Positions 9,196 through 19,900 of a stretch of 64,000 bases of DNA are shown piece after piece. How positions within the stretch are numbered: the stretch's first letter is position 1; the number at the start of each line of letters is the position of its first letter. Location: positions 96,780 through 160,779 of the forward strand of contig JABLXP010000001.1 in the NCBI GenBank assembly GCA_013178045.1, given 5' to 3'. The notes below the pieces were generated by a model. That model was not told where the DNA came from. It saw only the letters and a program-made list of their open reading frames with translations, and did no database searches. The position numbers and the translations under genes are program-made. Source of the stretch: Bacillota bacterium. Its GTDB lineage: Bacteria > Bacillota > Ch66.

Positions 9196-10305
9196 ATGCA
9201 TCCCAACTTACAGAAGTACTTGGAAACCCTGCTTAAACTTGGTATTGCTCTGACCGGGCTGTTAACGATATACCTGACCTTGTTTATATTTCTCCCCCGC
9301 CTGGCTGGATTGTTAGGAACGCTGCCCGGCTATCTATCGCCATTTATCATTGCCGTCTTCCTGGCTTTTTTTATCGATCCTTTGGTAGACCGCATAGAAA
9401 AATGGAGCCGACTCAGCCGGGGTTGGGCGGTGCTCATCGTCCTTTTAAGCGTCTGGGGTGGAATCGGGTTGCTGTTAACCCTCGCTGTGTCCAGATTGAT
9501 CAGGGAGCTTATTCAATTGTCTGGGACAATTTCCTACTACTCTTCCGATCTGACCAGCAATTATTCAAGTTTGATTCAACAGCTTACTGATATTTATCTG
9601 CGGCTAAACCTGCCGCCCGAAGTAATTCCCAATAACCTGGGCACAATTATTAATGCCCTGCAACGTACTCTTGAGCTCAGTGTTCGAGGACTGCTCAGGT
9701 TTCTGGGAACATTGCCAGAAGTTTTCACCGTCTTGCTCATTGCGACCCTGGCGACCTTTTTTATCAGCCGCGATCGGGATCTAATCTTAAAAACAGTATT
9801 GGACTGGGTACCGGAAGCTTGGGTTAAAGAAACCAGGGGATTGGGACGTAATTTGAGTCAGGCCATAGCCGGTTTCTTGAGGGCACAGGCTATTTTGATT
9901 ACGAATACCGCTCTCTTGAGCATCGTTGGTTTGAGTATTTTGGGGGTAGATTATGCCCTAACAATGGGCTTGCTTATCGGTTTGGTCGATCTCTTGCCTG
10001 TTTTAGGACCTGGGACGGTCTTTATCCCCTGGATCATTTGGCAGTTTGTCAGTGGCCACCTGGCTTTTGGTTGTGGCCTGCTGGTGCTATATGGTATCAT
10101 AGTGCTAATTAGACAATTATTTGAACCTAAAATCGTGGCGCAAAGTATCGGCCTGCATCCCCTGGCGACCTTGTTTGCTTTGTACGTAGGGCTGAAGACT
10201 ATGGGGATTGTGGGGATGGTTCTGGGGCCGGTAATCCTGGTGGTGTTTCAGGCCGCCCGACGGGCCGGCCTCTGGCGAAATTTGTTTGGGATCAGGACGA
10301 AGTGA
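9196..10305 (+). CDS. AI-2E family transporter (YtvI/PerM-like integral membrane protein)
   Basis: About 8 TM helices and an AI-2E-like C-terminal core. The start at M 9196 follows an RBS-like sequence. The ORF-track start is 9166. Confidence 0.65.
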   Translation: MHPNLQKYLETLLKLGIALTGLLTIYLTLFIFLPRLAGLLGTLPGYLSPFIIAVFLAFFIDPLVDRIEKWSRLSRGWAVLIVLLSVWGGIGLLLTLAVSRLIRELIQLSGTISYYSSDLTSNYSSLIQQLTDIYLRLNLPPEVIPNNLGTIINALQRTLELSVRGLLRFLGTLPEVFTVLLIATLATFFISRDRDLILKTVLDWVPEAWVKETRGLGRNLSQAIAGFLRAQAILITNTALLSIVGLSILGVDYALTMGLLIGLVDLLPVLGPGTVFIPWIIWQFVSGHLAFGCGLLVLYGIIVLIRQLFEPKIVAQSIGLHPLATLFALYVGLKTMGIVGMVLGPVILVVFQAARRAGLWRNLFGIRTK

Positions 10306-10382
10306 TAGGACGAAGGTTTCGACGGAATGTGGGAGCGAGGGGAAAAACCACTTACAATTATAGTTGAGGTAGGCGTAAATGT

Positions 10383-11543
10383 ATGAGCAAGACAATGAAG
10401 AAGCTGGCCATATTGGGATCAACCGGTTCAATTGGCCGCCAGACCCTTGAAGTAATCAGTGAGCATCCGGCTGAGCTCGAGGTGGTCGCCCTGAGCGCGG
10501 GAAGCAACATTGACTTACTAGAAAAACAAATTCGCGCATACCGTCCAGCTGTTGCGGTAGTAATGGAACCTGGCTTGGCCGAAGAATTACGTCGGCGCCT
10601 TCATGGTTGGCCAGTGGAAGTGTGGTTTGGGATGGAGGGTTTGAAAAAAATCGCTTCGCTGCCAGAAGTGGATACTGTGGTGAGCGCTCTCAGCGGTGTA
10701 ATTGGTCTGGAACCTACCTGGGCGGCGGTAAGGGCCGGCAAGGTAGTGGCGCTGGCCAACAAAGAGACGTTGGTGGCTGCCGGCGAACTGGTCATGAGGG
10801 AGGCCAGCAATAGAGGAACTAAGATCTTGCCGGTTGACAGTGAACATTCAGCAATTTTTCAGTGTTTACGGAATGAAACGGCTTTTTTACGTAAGATTTT
10901 ATTGACTGCCTCCGGTGGTCCATTTCGGACCTGGCCAGCAGAGCAGCTTAGTTCAGTAACCCCGGCCATGGCACTCCGTCACCCCAATTGGGTAATGGGC
11001 AAGAAGATCACTATTGACTCTGCTACATTAATGAACAAAGGGCTGGAAGTAATCGAAGCCCGTTGGTTATTTGGCGTAGACTTCGACCAGATCGAGGTGG
11101 TTATTCACCCACAAAGTATCATTCACTCCATGGTGGAGTTAGCGGATGGGGCTATTCTGGCCCATCTTGGCATCCCGGATATGCGGATCCCTATTCAATA
11201 CGCTTTGTCTTACCCCGAACGCTGGCCAAATTCCCTACCGCGCTTGGAATTAGCCGCGCTTCGCCAATTGACTTTCCATCACCCTGATTACGCCCGGTTC
11301 CCGTGTCTAGCCCTGGCTTACAGTGCCGGTCGGATCGGCGGGACACTGCCAGCTGTCATGAACGCAGCTAATGAAGTAGCGGTGGAATTATTCTTGAGCC
11401 AAAAGATTGGTTTCCTCGACATTCCCCGACTGGTGGAAGAGGTCATGCAAAAACATACAGTCCATAATTCACCAGACCTGGAGGACATTCTGGCGGCGGA
11501 CCGCTGGGCGCGTTTCTGGACGTATAAACTCGCCAGTAAGTAG
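10383..11543 (+). CDS. dxr: 1-deoxy-D-xylulose 5-phosphate reductoisomerase
   Basis: N-terminus KKLAILGSTGSIGRQTLEV is the Dxr NADPH-binding motif. An alternative start lies at 10395. Confidence 0.95.
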   Translation: MSKTMKKLAILGSTGSIGRQTLEVISEHPAELEVVALSAGSNIDLLEKQIRAYRPAVAVVMEPGLAEELRRRLHGWPVEVWFGMEGLKKIASLPEVDTVVSALSGVIGLEPTWAAVRAGKVVALANKETLVAAGELVMREASNRGTKILPVDSEHSAIFQCLRNETAFLRKILLTASGGPFRTWPAEQLSSVTPAMALRHPNWVMGKKITIDSATLMNKGLEVIEARWLFGVDFDQIEVVIHPQSIIHSMVELADGAILAHLGIPDMRIPIQYALSYPERWPNSLPRLELAALRQLTFHHPDYARFPCLALAYSAGRIGGTLPAVMNAANEVAVELFLSQKIGFLDIPRLVEEVMQKHTVHNSPDLEDILAADRWARFWTYKLASK

Positions 11544-11612
11544 GTTCTGCCGTATCAGTAGTAACAAAATGAGTAGAGGTATGGCATATTCTTTGATGAA
11601 AGGGGCGGAAGT

Positions 11613-12656
11613 ATGCACACCCTGGTGACAGCAATCCTGGTTTTTGCCTTGATGATTTTATTTCATGAACTGGGTCACTTCGTGGCCGCCAAATTGTCAG
11701 GAATAAAAGTTCATGAATTTAGCATCGGTTTTGGTCCAAAGTTAGTCAGCCTTACGCACCGAGACACACTCTACGCTATCCGTGTTTTGCCACTAGGTGG
11801 ATATGTCCGGATGGCCGGCATGGAGTCAGACGATCTAGACGACCCGAATGGATTTAACCGTAAACCTGTTGGTCAACGGGCTGGAGTGATCTTTGCCGGA
11901 CCCTTTATGAATTTTGTCCTGGCATTACTATTGTTTGTCTTTACCTTCACGGTGATTGGCATCCCCACCCTCTCCAACTCAAACGTGATTGGTGAGGTTT
12001 TACCGGGGCGGCCAGCGGCTAAGGCCGGGATGATGGCGAATGACCGTGTTGTAGCGGCCAATGGGCAACCCGTCACTAATTGGGATGACCTCGTCAGAGT
12101 GGTGCACGCTAACCCTGAACGAGAAATAACCTTGAAAGTGGTGCGTCAAGGGAAAGAGATACTCCTTAAGGTGACACCAACTCTCGAACCGCAGGCGAAG
12201 GTGGGTCAGATCGGAATCAGACAGACGGTGACTTTGCACCGTCTGGGATTTATGGAGGGCGTAGAGACGGGTCTTAAGCAGACATGGGCTTTAACGGTCG
12301 CGGTGTTATCTTCGATAGTACAGCTCATTACGGGAACTGCACCACCGGGCGGCCTGGCCGGACCGGTTGGAATAACACACATGATTGGTGAAGCAGCCCA
12401 GGGCGGCCTGGCTTATCTTCTCAATTTTGCGGGAATACTCAGTATTAATTTGGGCTTAATCAATCTGTTGCCGATCCCGTCCCTGGACGGCAGTCGGTTG
12501 ATTTTCTTAAGTGTCGAAGGCATTCGGGGTAAACCTGTGGAACCGGACAAGGAGAACCTGATCCACATGATCGGCTTTGCCTTATTGATGGTGTTGTTCC
12601 TGGTTATTACTTATAATGATATTCTTCGGCTGTTCGGTCAGACCAAATTGTCTTGA
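11613..12656 (+). CDS. rseP: RIP site-2 zinc metalloprotease RseP/RasP
   Basis: HELGHF zinc motif, an internal PDZ domain and a C-terminal LDGSRL motif. Confidence 0.9.
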   Translation: MHTLVTAILVFALMILFHELGHFVAAKLSGIKVHEFSIGFGPKLVSLTHRDTLYAIRVLPLGGYVRMAGMESDDLDDPNGFNRKPVGQRAGVIFAGPFMNFVLALLLFVFTFTVIGIPTLSNSNVIGEVLPGRPAAKAGMMANDRVVAANGQPVTNWDDLVRVVHANPEREITLKVVRQGKEILLKVTPTLEPQAKVGQIGIRQTVTLHRLGFMEGVETGLKQTWALTVAVLSSIVQLITGTAPPGGLAGPVGITHMIGEAAQGGLAYLLNFAGILSINLGLINLLPIPSLDGSRLIFLSVEGIRGKPVEPDKENLIHMIGFALLMVLFLVITYNDILRLFGQTKLS

Positions 12657-12677
12657 TGAAGCCCTGCGAAACCTGAG

Positions 12678-13787
12678 GTGAAAAAACCAGTGTCAGAGAT
12701 TAAGCGCAGAAAAACCCGCGTCATCCGCTTGGGAAATGTCAAGATCGGCGGGGATGCACCAATAGCAGTCCAATCTATGACAAAAACCGATACCCGTGAT
12801 GTTCAGGCCACAATTGCCCAGATCAGGGAACTGGAAGCGGTGGGGTGCGAGATCGTCCGCCTCGCAGTGGTAGATCAGGAAGCAGCGGAGGCCTTAGGGC
12901 GGATCCGGCCGGCCACCAAGCTTCCTCTGGTCGCCGACATCCACTTTGATTATCGTTTGGCGCTTACTGCTATGGACGCTGGTATCGACGGATTGCGAAT
13001 TAACCCGGGCAATATTGGCGACCGATATAAGGTCAGTATGGTGGTTGCCAAGGCGAAAGACAAAGGGATCCCCATTCGGATCGGAGTTAATGCGGGATCC
13101 CTGGAAAAGCGTTTGCTCGAGCGCTACGGAGGTGTAACTCCAGAAGCAATGCTCGAGAGTGCACTGAGACACATTGATATTCTAGAGTCGCTAGGCTTTT
13201 ATGATATAAAGGTTTCGCTAAAGGCCGCGTACGTCCCGTTAATGCTGGCTGCCTACCGGCTGCTGTCGCATCGGGTCGAGTACCCCTTACACATTGGAGT
13301 AACGGAGGCCGGCACGGTTTATACGGGAACGATTAAATCGGCGGTGGGCCTGGGAATATTACTGGCCGAGGGAATTGGCGATACTTTAAGAGTATCTTTG
13401 ACCGGTCATCCCACTACCGAGGTGCGGGCTGGTTATGAAATCTTGAAATCACTAGGGTTGCGACAGCGCGGACCAGAGCTCATCTCCTGTCCAACCTGTG
13501 GCCGCTGTGAAATTGACCTCGTAGAAATCGCGGAAGAGGTGGAACGTAATTTGCAGCATCTGACGGAACCTATAAAAGTCGCCATCATGGGTTGTGTGGT
13601 GAACGGCCCTGGCGAGGCCCGCCAGGCTGATATCGGTATAGCGGGTGGACGAGGCGTCGGCGTCCTTTTCAGACACGGTGAAGTGGTCCGCAAGGTGTCG
13701 CAGAACGATTTGGTGCCGGTGCTGCTGGCGGAAATAAAGCAATTGATTGCTCACAGAAAAAATGATGAGGAAGAGTGGAGGGAATAA
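12678..13787 (+). CDS. ispG: 4-hydroxy-3-methylbut-2-enyl diphosphate synthase (flavodoxin)
   Basis: IspG/GcpE sequence including the CPTCGRC 4Fe-4S cysteines. GTG start. Confidence 0.95.
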   Translation: MKKPVSEIKRRKTRVIRLGNVKIGGDAPIAVQSMTKTDTRDVQATIAQIRELEAVGCEIVRLAVVDQEAAEALGRIRPATKLPLVADIHFDYRLALTAMDAGIDGLRINPGNIGDRYKVSMVVAKAKDKGIPIRIGVNAGSLEKRLLERYGGVTPEAMLESALRHIDILESLGFYDIKVSLKAAYVPLMLAAYRLLSHRVEYPLHIGVTEAGTVYTGTIKSAVGLGILLAEGIGDTLRVSLTGHPTTEVRAGYEILKSLGLRQRGPELISCPTCGRCEIDLVEIAEEVERNLQHLTEPIKVAIMGCVVNGPGEARQADIGIAGGRGVGVLFRHGEVVRKVSQNDLVPVLLAEIKQLIAHRKNDEEEWRE

Positions 13788-13793
13788 GACAAG

Positions 13794-15530
13794 ATGAGGA
13801 TTTCACAAATGTTAGCACCAACTCTACGGGAAACACCGGCCGAAGCCGAAGTCATCAGCCATAAGCTCTTGCTGCGGGCCGGTATGATTCGTAAAACAAC
13901 CGCGGGCGTGTATACATATTTGCCACTGGGACAACGGGTCATTAAGAAGATCATCGAAATAGTGCGCGAGGAGATGGACCGGGCCGGGGGGCAAGAAGTG
14001 GGTCTGCCGATCATCCAACCCGCTGAGTTATGGCAGGAGACGGGCCGTTGGGCAGTTTATGGGGAAGAGATGTTCCGCCTGAAGGATCGTCATCAACGAG
14101 ATTTTTGTCTGGGACCTACCCATGAAGAGATTATAACTGACCTGGTTAGAGGCGAGGTACGCTCCTATAAGCAGTTACCTCTGCTGCTGTACCAGGTGCA
14201 GAATAAGTATCGTGATGAGCGGCGACCACGTTTTGGGTTAATGCGAGGACGCGAGTTCATCATGAAGGATTTGTACTCATTTGATGTAGATGCCGATGGC
14301 TTGGAAATTAGCTATCGCAAGATGTACGATGCTTACTGTCGCGTTTTTACCCGGTGTGGTTTGCGGTATCGAGCTGTTGAAGCCGATCCCGGGGCAATCG
14401 GTGGTAACGCCAGCCATGAATTCATGGTCCTGGCGGAATCAGGTGAAGCGGAGGTGGTGTTTTGTCAGGTGTGTGACTACGCCGCCAATGTCGAGAAAGC
14501 CGAATGCCAGCCCCAAGTTGAGCCGGCTGAGGTTAAGCATTTGAAGCGGGAGCGGGTGTTCACGCCAGGGGTACAGACCGTGGAAGAAGTGGCAAACTTT
14601 TTCAAGGTCAGTCCGAAACAGGTAATCAAAACTCTGTTTTACCAGGCCGATGATCAGGTGATCGCCGTGCTTCTTCGCGGCGACCGAAGGATCAATGAGA
14701 CAAAGTTGAAGAACCTGGTGAAATGCCTGCGGCTTGAATTGGCCGATGACGCCACCGTAGAACGAGTAACCGGGGCGCCTCCCGGTTCGGTGGGTCCGAT
14801 CGGGCTTACGGGAATAAAAGTGTATGCCGATCTGGAAGTCCCTTTTGTAATTGAGGCGATCGTGGGGGCCAATCAGGTTAATTATCACTGGCAGGGTATT
14901 ACCCCCGGTGTTGATTTTTCGCTGGACGTGGTGGCAGATTTACGGACGATGGAAGCCGGTGAACCCTGTCCTAAATGTGCGAGCCCGGTCACGGTTGCTC
15001 GCGGCATCGAGGTTGGCCATATTTTTAAATTGGGAACCAAGTACAGTGAGGTGCTGGGGGCGAAATTCCTGAATGAAAAGGGACAGGAACTTCCCATGGT
15101 GATGGGTTGTTACGGTATCGGCGTCAGCCGAACGATGGCCGCAGCGGTAGAGCAAAATTACGACCAGGACGGGATCAAATGGCCCATGCCGATCGCTCCT
15201 TTCCATGTGATCGTGGTTCCGGTAAGTACTCATGATGCTGAACAGATGAGAGTGGCGGAAGAACTCTATCAGGGTCTCTTGAGGAGTGGTCTGGAAGTGG
15301 TGGTTGATGACCGTAATGAAAGAGCCGGCGTAAAATTTAAAGACGCCGACCTGATCGGTTACCCGATCCGCGTGACAGTAGGGGCCAAAGCCTTGAAAGA
15401 AGGACAGGTAGAAGTGAAAAAGCGTCAGACCGGCGAGCAGTTTTTCGTGCCGTTACCTGAAGCAGTTGATTACATTGCCAAACTGGTGAAAGAGGAAATA
15501 CAGGCAACGCTTAGCGAGGTATTGAAGTGA
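13794..15530 (+). CDS. proS: Proline--tRNA ligase
   Basis: [23 protein letters not shown] is the canonical bacterial ProS N-terminus, and class II aaRS motifs are present. Confidence 0.95.
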   Translation: MRISQMLAPTLRETPAEAEVISHKLLLRAGMIRKTTAGVYTYLPLGQRVIKKIIEIVREEMDRAGGQEVGLPIIQPAELWQETGRWAVYGEEMFRLKDRHQRDFCLGPTHEEIITDLVRGEVRSYKQLPLLLYQVQNKYRDERRPRFGLMRGREFIMKDLYSFDVDADGLEISYRKMYDAYCRVFTRCGLRYRAVEADPGAIGGNASHEFMVLAESGEAEVVFCQVCDYAANVEKAECQPQVEPAEVKHLKRERVFTPGVQTVEEVANFFKVSPKQVIKTLFYQADDQVIAVLLRGDRRINETKLKNLVKCLRLELADDATVERVTGAPPGSVGPIGLTGIKVYADLEVPFVIEAIVGANQVNYHWQGITPGVDFSLDVVADLRTMEAGEPCPKCASPVTVARGIEVGHIFKLGTKYSEVLGAKFLNEKGQELPMVMGCYGIGVSRTMAAAVEQNYDQDGIKWPMPIAPFHVIVVPVSTHDAEQMRVAEELYQGLLRSGLEVVVDDRNERAGVKFKDADLIGYPIRVTVGAKALKEGQVEVKKRQTGEQFFVPLPEAVDYIAKLVKEEIQATLSEVLK

Positions 15531-15544
15531 TCAAATGAGGAGGC

Positions 15545-16201
15545 TTGAAATTGAGAGCTTCGGTAGTTATCCCAGCCTATAACGAAGCGAAGACAATCGC
15601 TTCGGTTCTAGCTGCGGTCAAGAACGGCGATCCTTTTATCATTGGCGAGGTGATCGTTGTTAGCGACGGTTCTACAGATGAAACAGCCGAGATCGCGCGA
15701 GCGGCGGGGGTACGGGTAGTTGAGCTAAAGGAAAATATTGGAAAAGGCGGGGCGATGATGGTTGGTGTCGAAGCAGCCAACTATGAGGTGATTCTGTTTC
15801 TAGACGCCGACCTGATTGGTCTGACCCCGGCTCATGTTAGTGCTTTGCTTCAACCAGTTATTAGCGGTGAAGCGGATATGTCGGTGGGCATATTTGAACA
15901 CGGGAGAATTGTCACCGATCTGGCTCAGTTGGTTGCCCCTTTTCTCTCGGGGCAACGGGCGATACGTAGTGAAGTTATGTACCAGATCGGTAACCTGAGT
16001 GGCTTACGTTTTGGCGTTGAGGTGGCCTTGAACCGCTATGTTGATGAGCATCAGCTGCGGGTTAAGGAGGTTGTCCTGGAGGATCTATCTCATGTAATGA
16101 AGGAAGAGAAATTTGGGGTAGTTAAGGGATTAGCGGCAAGAATGAAAATGTACTGGGAAATTGCCAAATGTGTCACCCGGAATACTGGTTGGGGTAGTTA
16201 A
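15545..16201 (+). CDS. Family 2 glycosyltransferase (short, dolichyl-phosphate mannosyltransferase-like)
   Basis: SVVIPAYNE...VVSDGSTDET...LDADL are GT-A fold DXD motifs. Likely TTG start at 15551. Confidence 0.7.
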   Translation: MKLRASVVIPAYNEAKTIASVLAAVKNGDPFIIGEVIVVSDGSTDETAEIARAAGVRVVELKENIGKGGAMMVGVEAANYEVILFLDADLIGLTPAHVSALLQPVISGEADMSVGIFEHGRIVTDLAQLVAPFLSGQRAIRSEVMYQIGNLSGLRFGVEVALNRYVDEHQLRVKEVVLEDLSHVMKEEKFGVVKGLAARMKMYWEIAKCVTRNTGWGS

Positions 16202-16250
16202 CCGCTAATAACTGCATTTAAGCGCTAAACAGGGGAGGAGGATATGCGTT

Positions 16251-16913
16251 ATGTCTGAGTACGATATGATTTTACGATTGGCCCTGGCCTGTTTTTTAGG
16301 TGGACTGATCGGCCTGGAAAGAGAGAGCTTGAATCGACCCGCGGGATTACGCACCTATACCCTGGTATGTATGGGTTCTGCCCTGGCTATGATGGTATCA
16401 TTAGAAATGTTTTATAAGTATCATACCATGGTCAATGCTGATCCGGGACGAATTGCCGCCCAGGTGATCAGTGGGATCGGTTTTCTAGGCGCGGGTACAA
16501 TCATGCGCGAAGGAGCCAACATTCAGGGCTTAACTACGGCGGCTGGTCTGTGGGTAGTGGCCTGTGTTGGCCTGGCGGTTGGGGCTGGGATGTATTTAGC
16601 CGCTGTGGTGACGACTGCCCTGATTCTGATGGTTCTTGTTTATTTCTTTAAACTTGAGGACCGCATCACCGGCTTGCGAGAATATAAATTGTTTAAGGTG
16701 ACGATGGTCGATAAACCTGGCCAGATCGGTCGGATCGGGGTCGCCCTTGGTGAAGAAGGAGTCCATATCAAGAACATCAAACTTAGTCACGTGGAAGGGG
16801 ACAAGCTGGAAGTAGAACTGATGTTAAAGCTGCCCAGTCTGGTTCGTCCGCGGAACGTTGCCGAAAAGCTGCACGAGGTGCCTGGTGTGCACCGTGTGGA
16901 GCATCAGGAATAG
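16251..16913 (+). CDS. mgtC: MgtC/SapB family membrane protein with a C-terminal ACT-like domain
   Basis: N-terminus LRLALACFLGGLIGLERE is the MgtC signature. Confidence 0.8.
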   Translation: MSEYDMILRLALACFLGGLIGLERESLNRPAGLRTYTLVCMGSALAMMVSLEMFYKYHTMVNADPGRIAAQVISGIGFLGAGTIMREGANIQGLTTAAGLWVVACVGLAVGAGMYLAAVVTTALILMVLVYFFKLEDRITGLREYKLFKVTMVDKPGQIGRIGVALGEEGVHIKNIKLSHVEGDKLEVELMLKLPSLVRPRNVAEKLHEVPGVHRVEHQE

Positions 16914-16925
16914 GGGGCCTAATAC

Positions 16926-19900
16926 ATGTCGGTAATTGTTTCAGAACCAGTGACCTCCCTCGGAGGGAGTATATCGGTACTGATGGAATGGGCAGCAGCA
17001 GCAGATTTACCGTTGTCGGTGAAAGAGATTCTAAGTTGCAGCGAGGTACGCCACGTGACGGTTTGGGCGAGTCAGGGGGCATGGCGAATAGGCTTGCGCC
17101 TACCTGGCCTTATTGCTCCTGGTCACCTAGCCAGGTTAGGTAAGGTCGCGTGTCAGAATGTGCCATCCCTGAACCGGGTCGAATGGGATGTCGAATATGA
17201 TCTCGGGTCGCTCGAGCCGAACCAAATTTGCCAGGAATACTGGGCGGAACTGTCTGCCGTGATTGTCGAGGAATTACCCATTTTTCGTGGATGGCTCGAA
17301 CTGGCCCAGCCACTCGTAGATGGTGGTACACTGACCTTGTTTTTGGAAAACCAGTTGGGTGTTGTCTATTTAAGCAAAAAAAATGGTGCTCAAATGCTAA
17401 ATAAATGGTTTGAACGTCGTTTGGGCTGGCAGCTTCAGGTGGTACTTCGCACACTGGTAAACGAAACCTATGATGAACAACATTGGGAAGAACCCCTTAT
17501 TCCAACAGTCAATGTTGATAAGGTAACTCCTAAAAATGAAAATAATTCAGGCCAACCATTGATCTGGGGCAAAGCAATCAACACTCAGCCAATCCCGATT
17601 AAGCAGATTGTTGATGAAGAAAAGAGTGTTACCCTGCAGGGTAAAGTGTTCAACCTGAATTGTCGGGAATTACGGTCAGGACGCAAGTTGCTGACTTTTG
17701 ATGTCACTGACTACTCCGATTCTATTTCCGTAAAAATATTCCTCGCGGAGGGCAAGGAGCAGAGACCGGACCAGTGGCTTAAAGAAGGAACCTGGGTTGT
17801 TGTGCGGGGAATGGCGCAATTCGACCGTTACAGCCAGGAGTTGACGATTCTGGCTAGTGATTTAAATGTCGGTCAGGCCCCGACGCGGCATGACCAGGCG
17901 GCTGAGAAACGGGTGGAACTCCACCTCCACACCCGCATGAGTGCGATGGATGGTCTGGCCAGCGCAGAGGAAATCATTAAACGAGCCGCTGAATGGGGAC
18001 ACTCAGCGGTAGCGATCACCGACCACGGGGTAGTTCAGGCCTTTCCAGAGGCCTATGAAGCTGGGCTTAAGTACCGTGTGAAGGTGATTCTGGGGATGGA
18101 AGCCTACCTGGTGGATGAACCCAGCCGACGGGGTACGGAGCAGCGGCGGTCATACCATTGCATCATCCTGGCCAAAAACAAGATCGGTCTGAAAAATTTA
18201 TATCAATTGGTTACGCTTTCTCACCTCCAGTATTACTACCGTACCCCCAGGATTCCGCGGCAGGAGTTAGTGCAGAGAAGGGAAGGGTTACTCATAGGGT
18301 CAGCCTGTGAAGCCGGCGAGTTGATCCAGGCATATCTGGCCGGTCAACCGAGCGCCAATCTGGAGAAAATCGCTCAATTTTATGACTTTTTAGAAATTCA
18401 ACCGACGGGAAACAACGAGTTTCTGGTCCGTAACGGCCGGTTTTCGTCGGTGCGGGAACTGGAGGAAATGAATCAAGCCATCGTTGATCTTGGCCGCCGG
18501 CTGAGTAAACCGGTGGTGGCTACGGGCGACGTGCATTTTTTGGACCCTGCTGATGAGGTTTACCGCCGCATCCTGCAAGCCGGGAAGGGTTTTGAAGACG
18601 CCGAATTTCAGGCCCCACTTTACTTCAAGACCACGGAGGAAATGCTGAATGATTTTGCCTACCTGGGTGAGAAAACGGCTTACGAAGTAGTAGTGACCAA
18701 CTCCAATTTAATCAATTCCTGGATCGAAGACATCAAACCGATCCCTGACGAATTGTATGCCCCCAAAATCCCGGGGGCTGAGGAACAGATTATCGAAATG
18801 ACCTATAACCGGGCGCGCGAGATCTATGGTGATCCACTGCCCGCCCTGGTTCAATCCAGACTGGAGAAAGAACTCAATTCGATCATTAAGAATGGTTTTG
18901 CTGTCCTTTATTTAATTGCCCATAAACTGGTTAAAAAATCCAATGATGACGGGTACCTGGTTGGCTCCCGGGGCTCAGTCGGTTCTTCCCTGGTCGCGAC
19001 TATGACCGGGATTACGGAGGTTAACCCGTTACCACCACACTACGTGTGTCCGAACTGCCATCACTCGGAATTTATCACCGATGGATCAATTGGTTCAGGG
19101 GCCGACTTGAGTGATCAGAACTGTCCACGGTGTGGGAGTCAGTACCAACGGGATGGCCACGATATTCCTTTTGAGACGTTTTTAGGTTTTGAGGGGGATA
19201 AAGTTCCTGATATTGACCTTAACTTCTCGGGTGAATACCAGAGCCGGGCCCATAAATATGTGGAAGAATTGTTCGGCCGGGATCATGTGTTTCGCGCGGG
19301 GACGATTGCTACCATCGCTGAGCGCACGGCCTTTGGTTTTGTTAAGAACTACTTAAAAGACCATCAGATTGTGGCCCGCAACGCGGAGATCAATCGCCTT
19401 GTCCAGGGCTGTACCGGGGTTAAACGCACCACTGGTCAACACCCGGGGGGACTAATGGTTGTCCCACGGGACGTTGATGTGCATGACTTTACTCCTTTAC
19501 AGCGACCAGCGGATGATACCGAATCAGAAGTGATCACGACTCATTTTGATTACCACTCGATCAGCAGCCGGCTGGTGAAATTAGATATTCTCGGACACGA
19601 CGACCCGACGGTGATCCGGATGCTGCAGGATCTTACTGGCTTTAACCCCAGAGAGGTTCCCTTGGGAGAACCGAAAACAATGCGATTGTTTTCTGGAGTA
19701 GAGCCGCTAGGAGTAACACCGGAGCAAATCCGGTCAACTGTTGGTACATACGGGATTCCCGAATTTGGGACCCGGTTTGTCCGGCAAATGCTGGAGGAAA
19801 CTAAACCACAGACTTTTTCTGACCTGGTCAGGATCAGTGGTTTCTCACACGGTACGGATGTTTGGCTGAATAACGCCCAGGAAGTGATTCGCAGCGGTCA

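Noticed and set aside
13788-13793. Possible T-box leader for proS
   Set aside because: Only 6 nt separate ispG and proS, so there is no room for a T-box. proS is co-transcribed with upstream genes.
14439-14888. 149-aa minus-strand ORF
   Set aside because: It is antisense to proS and spurious.
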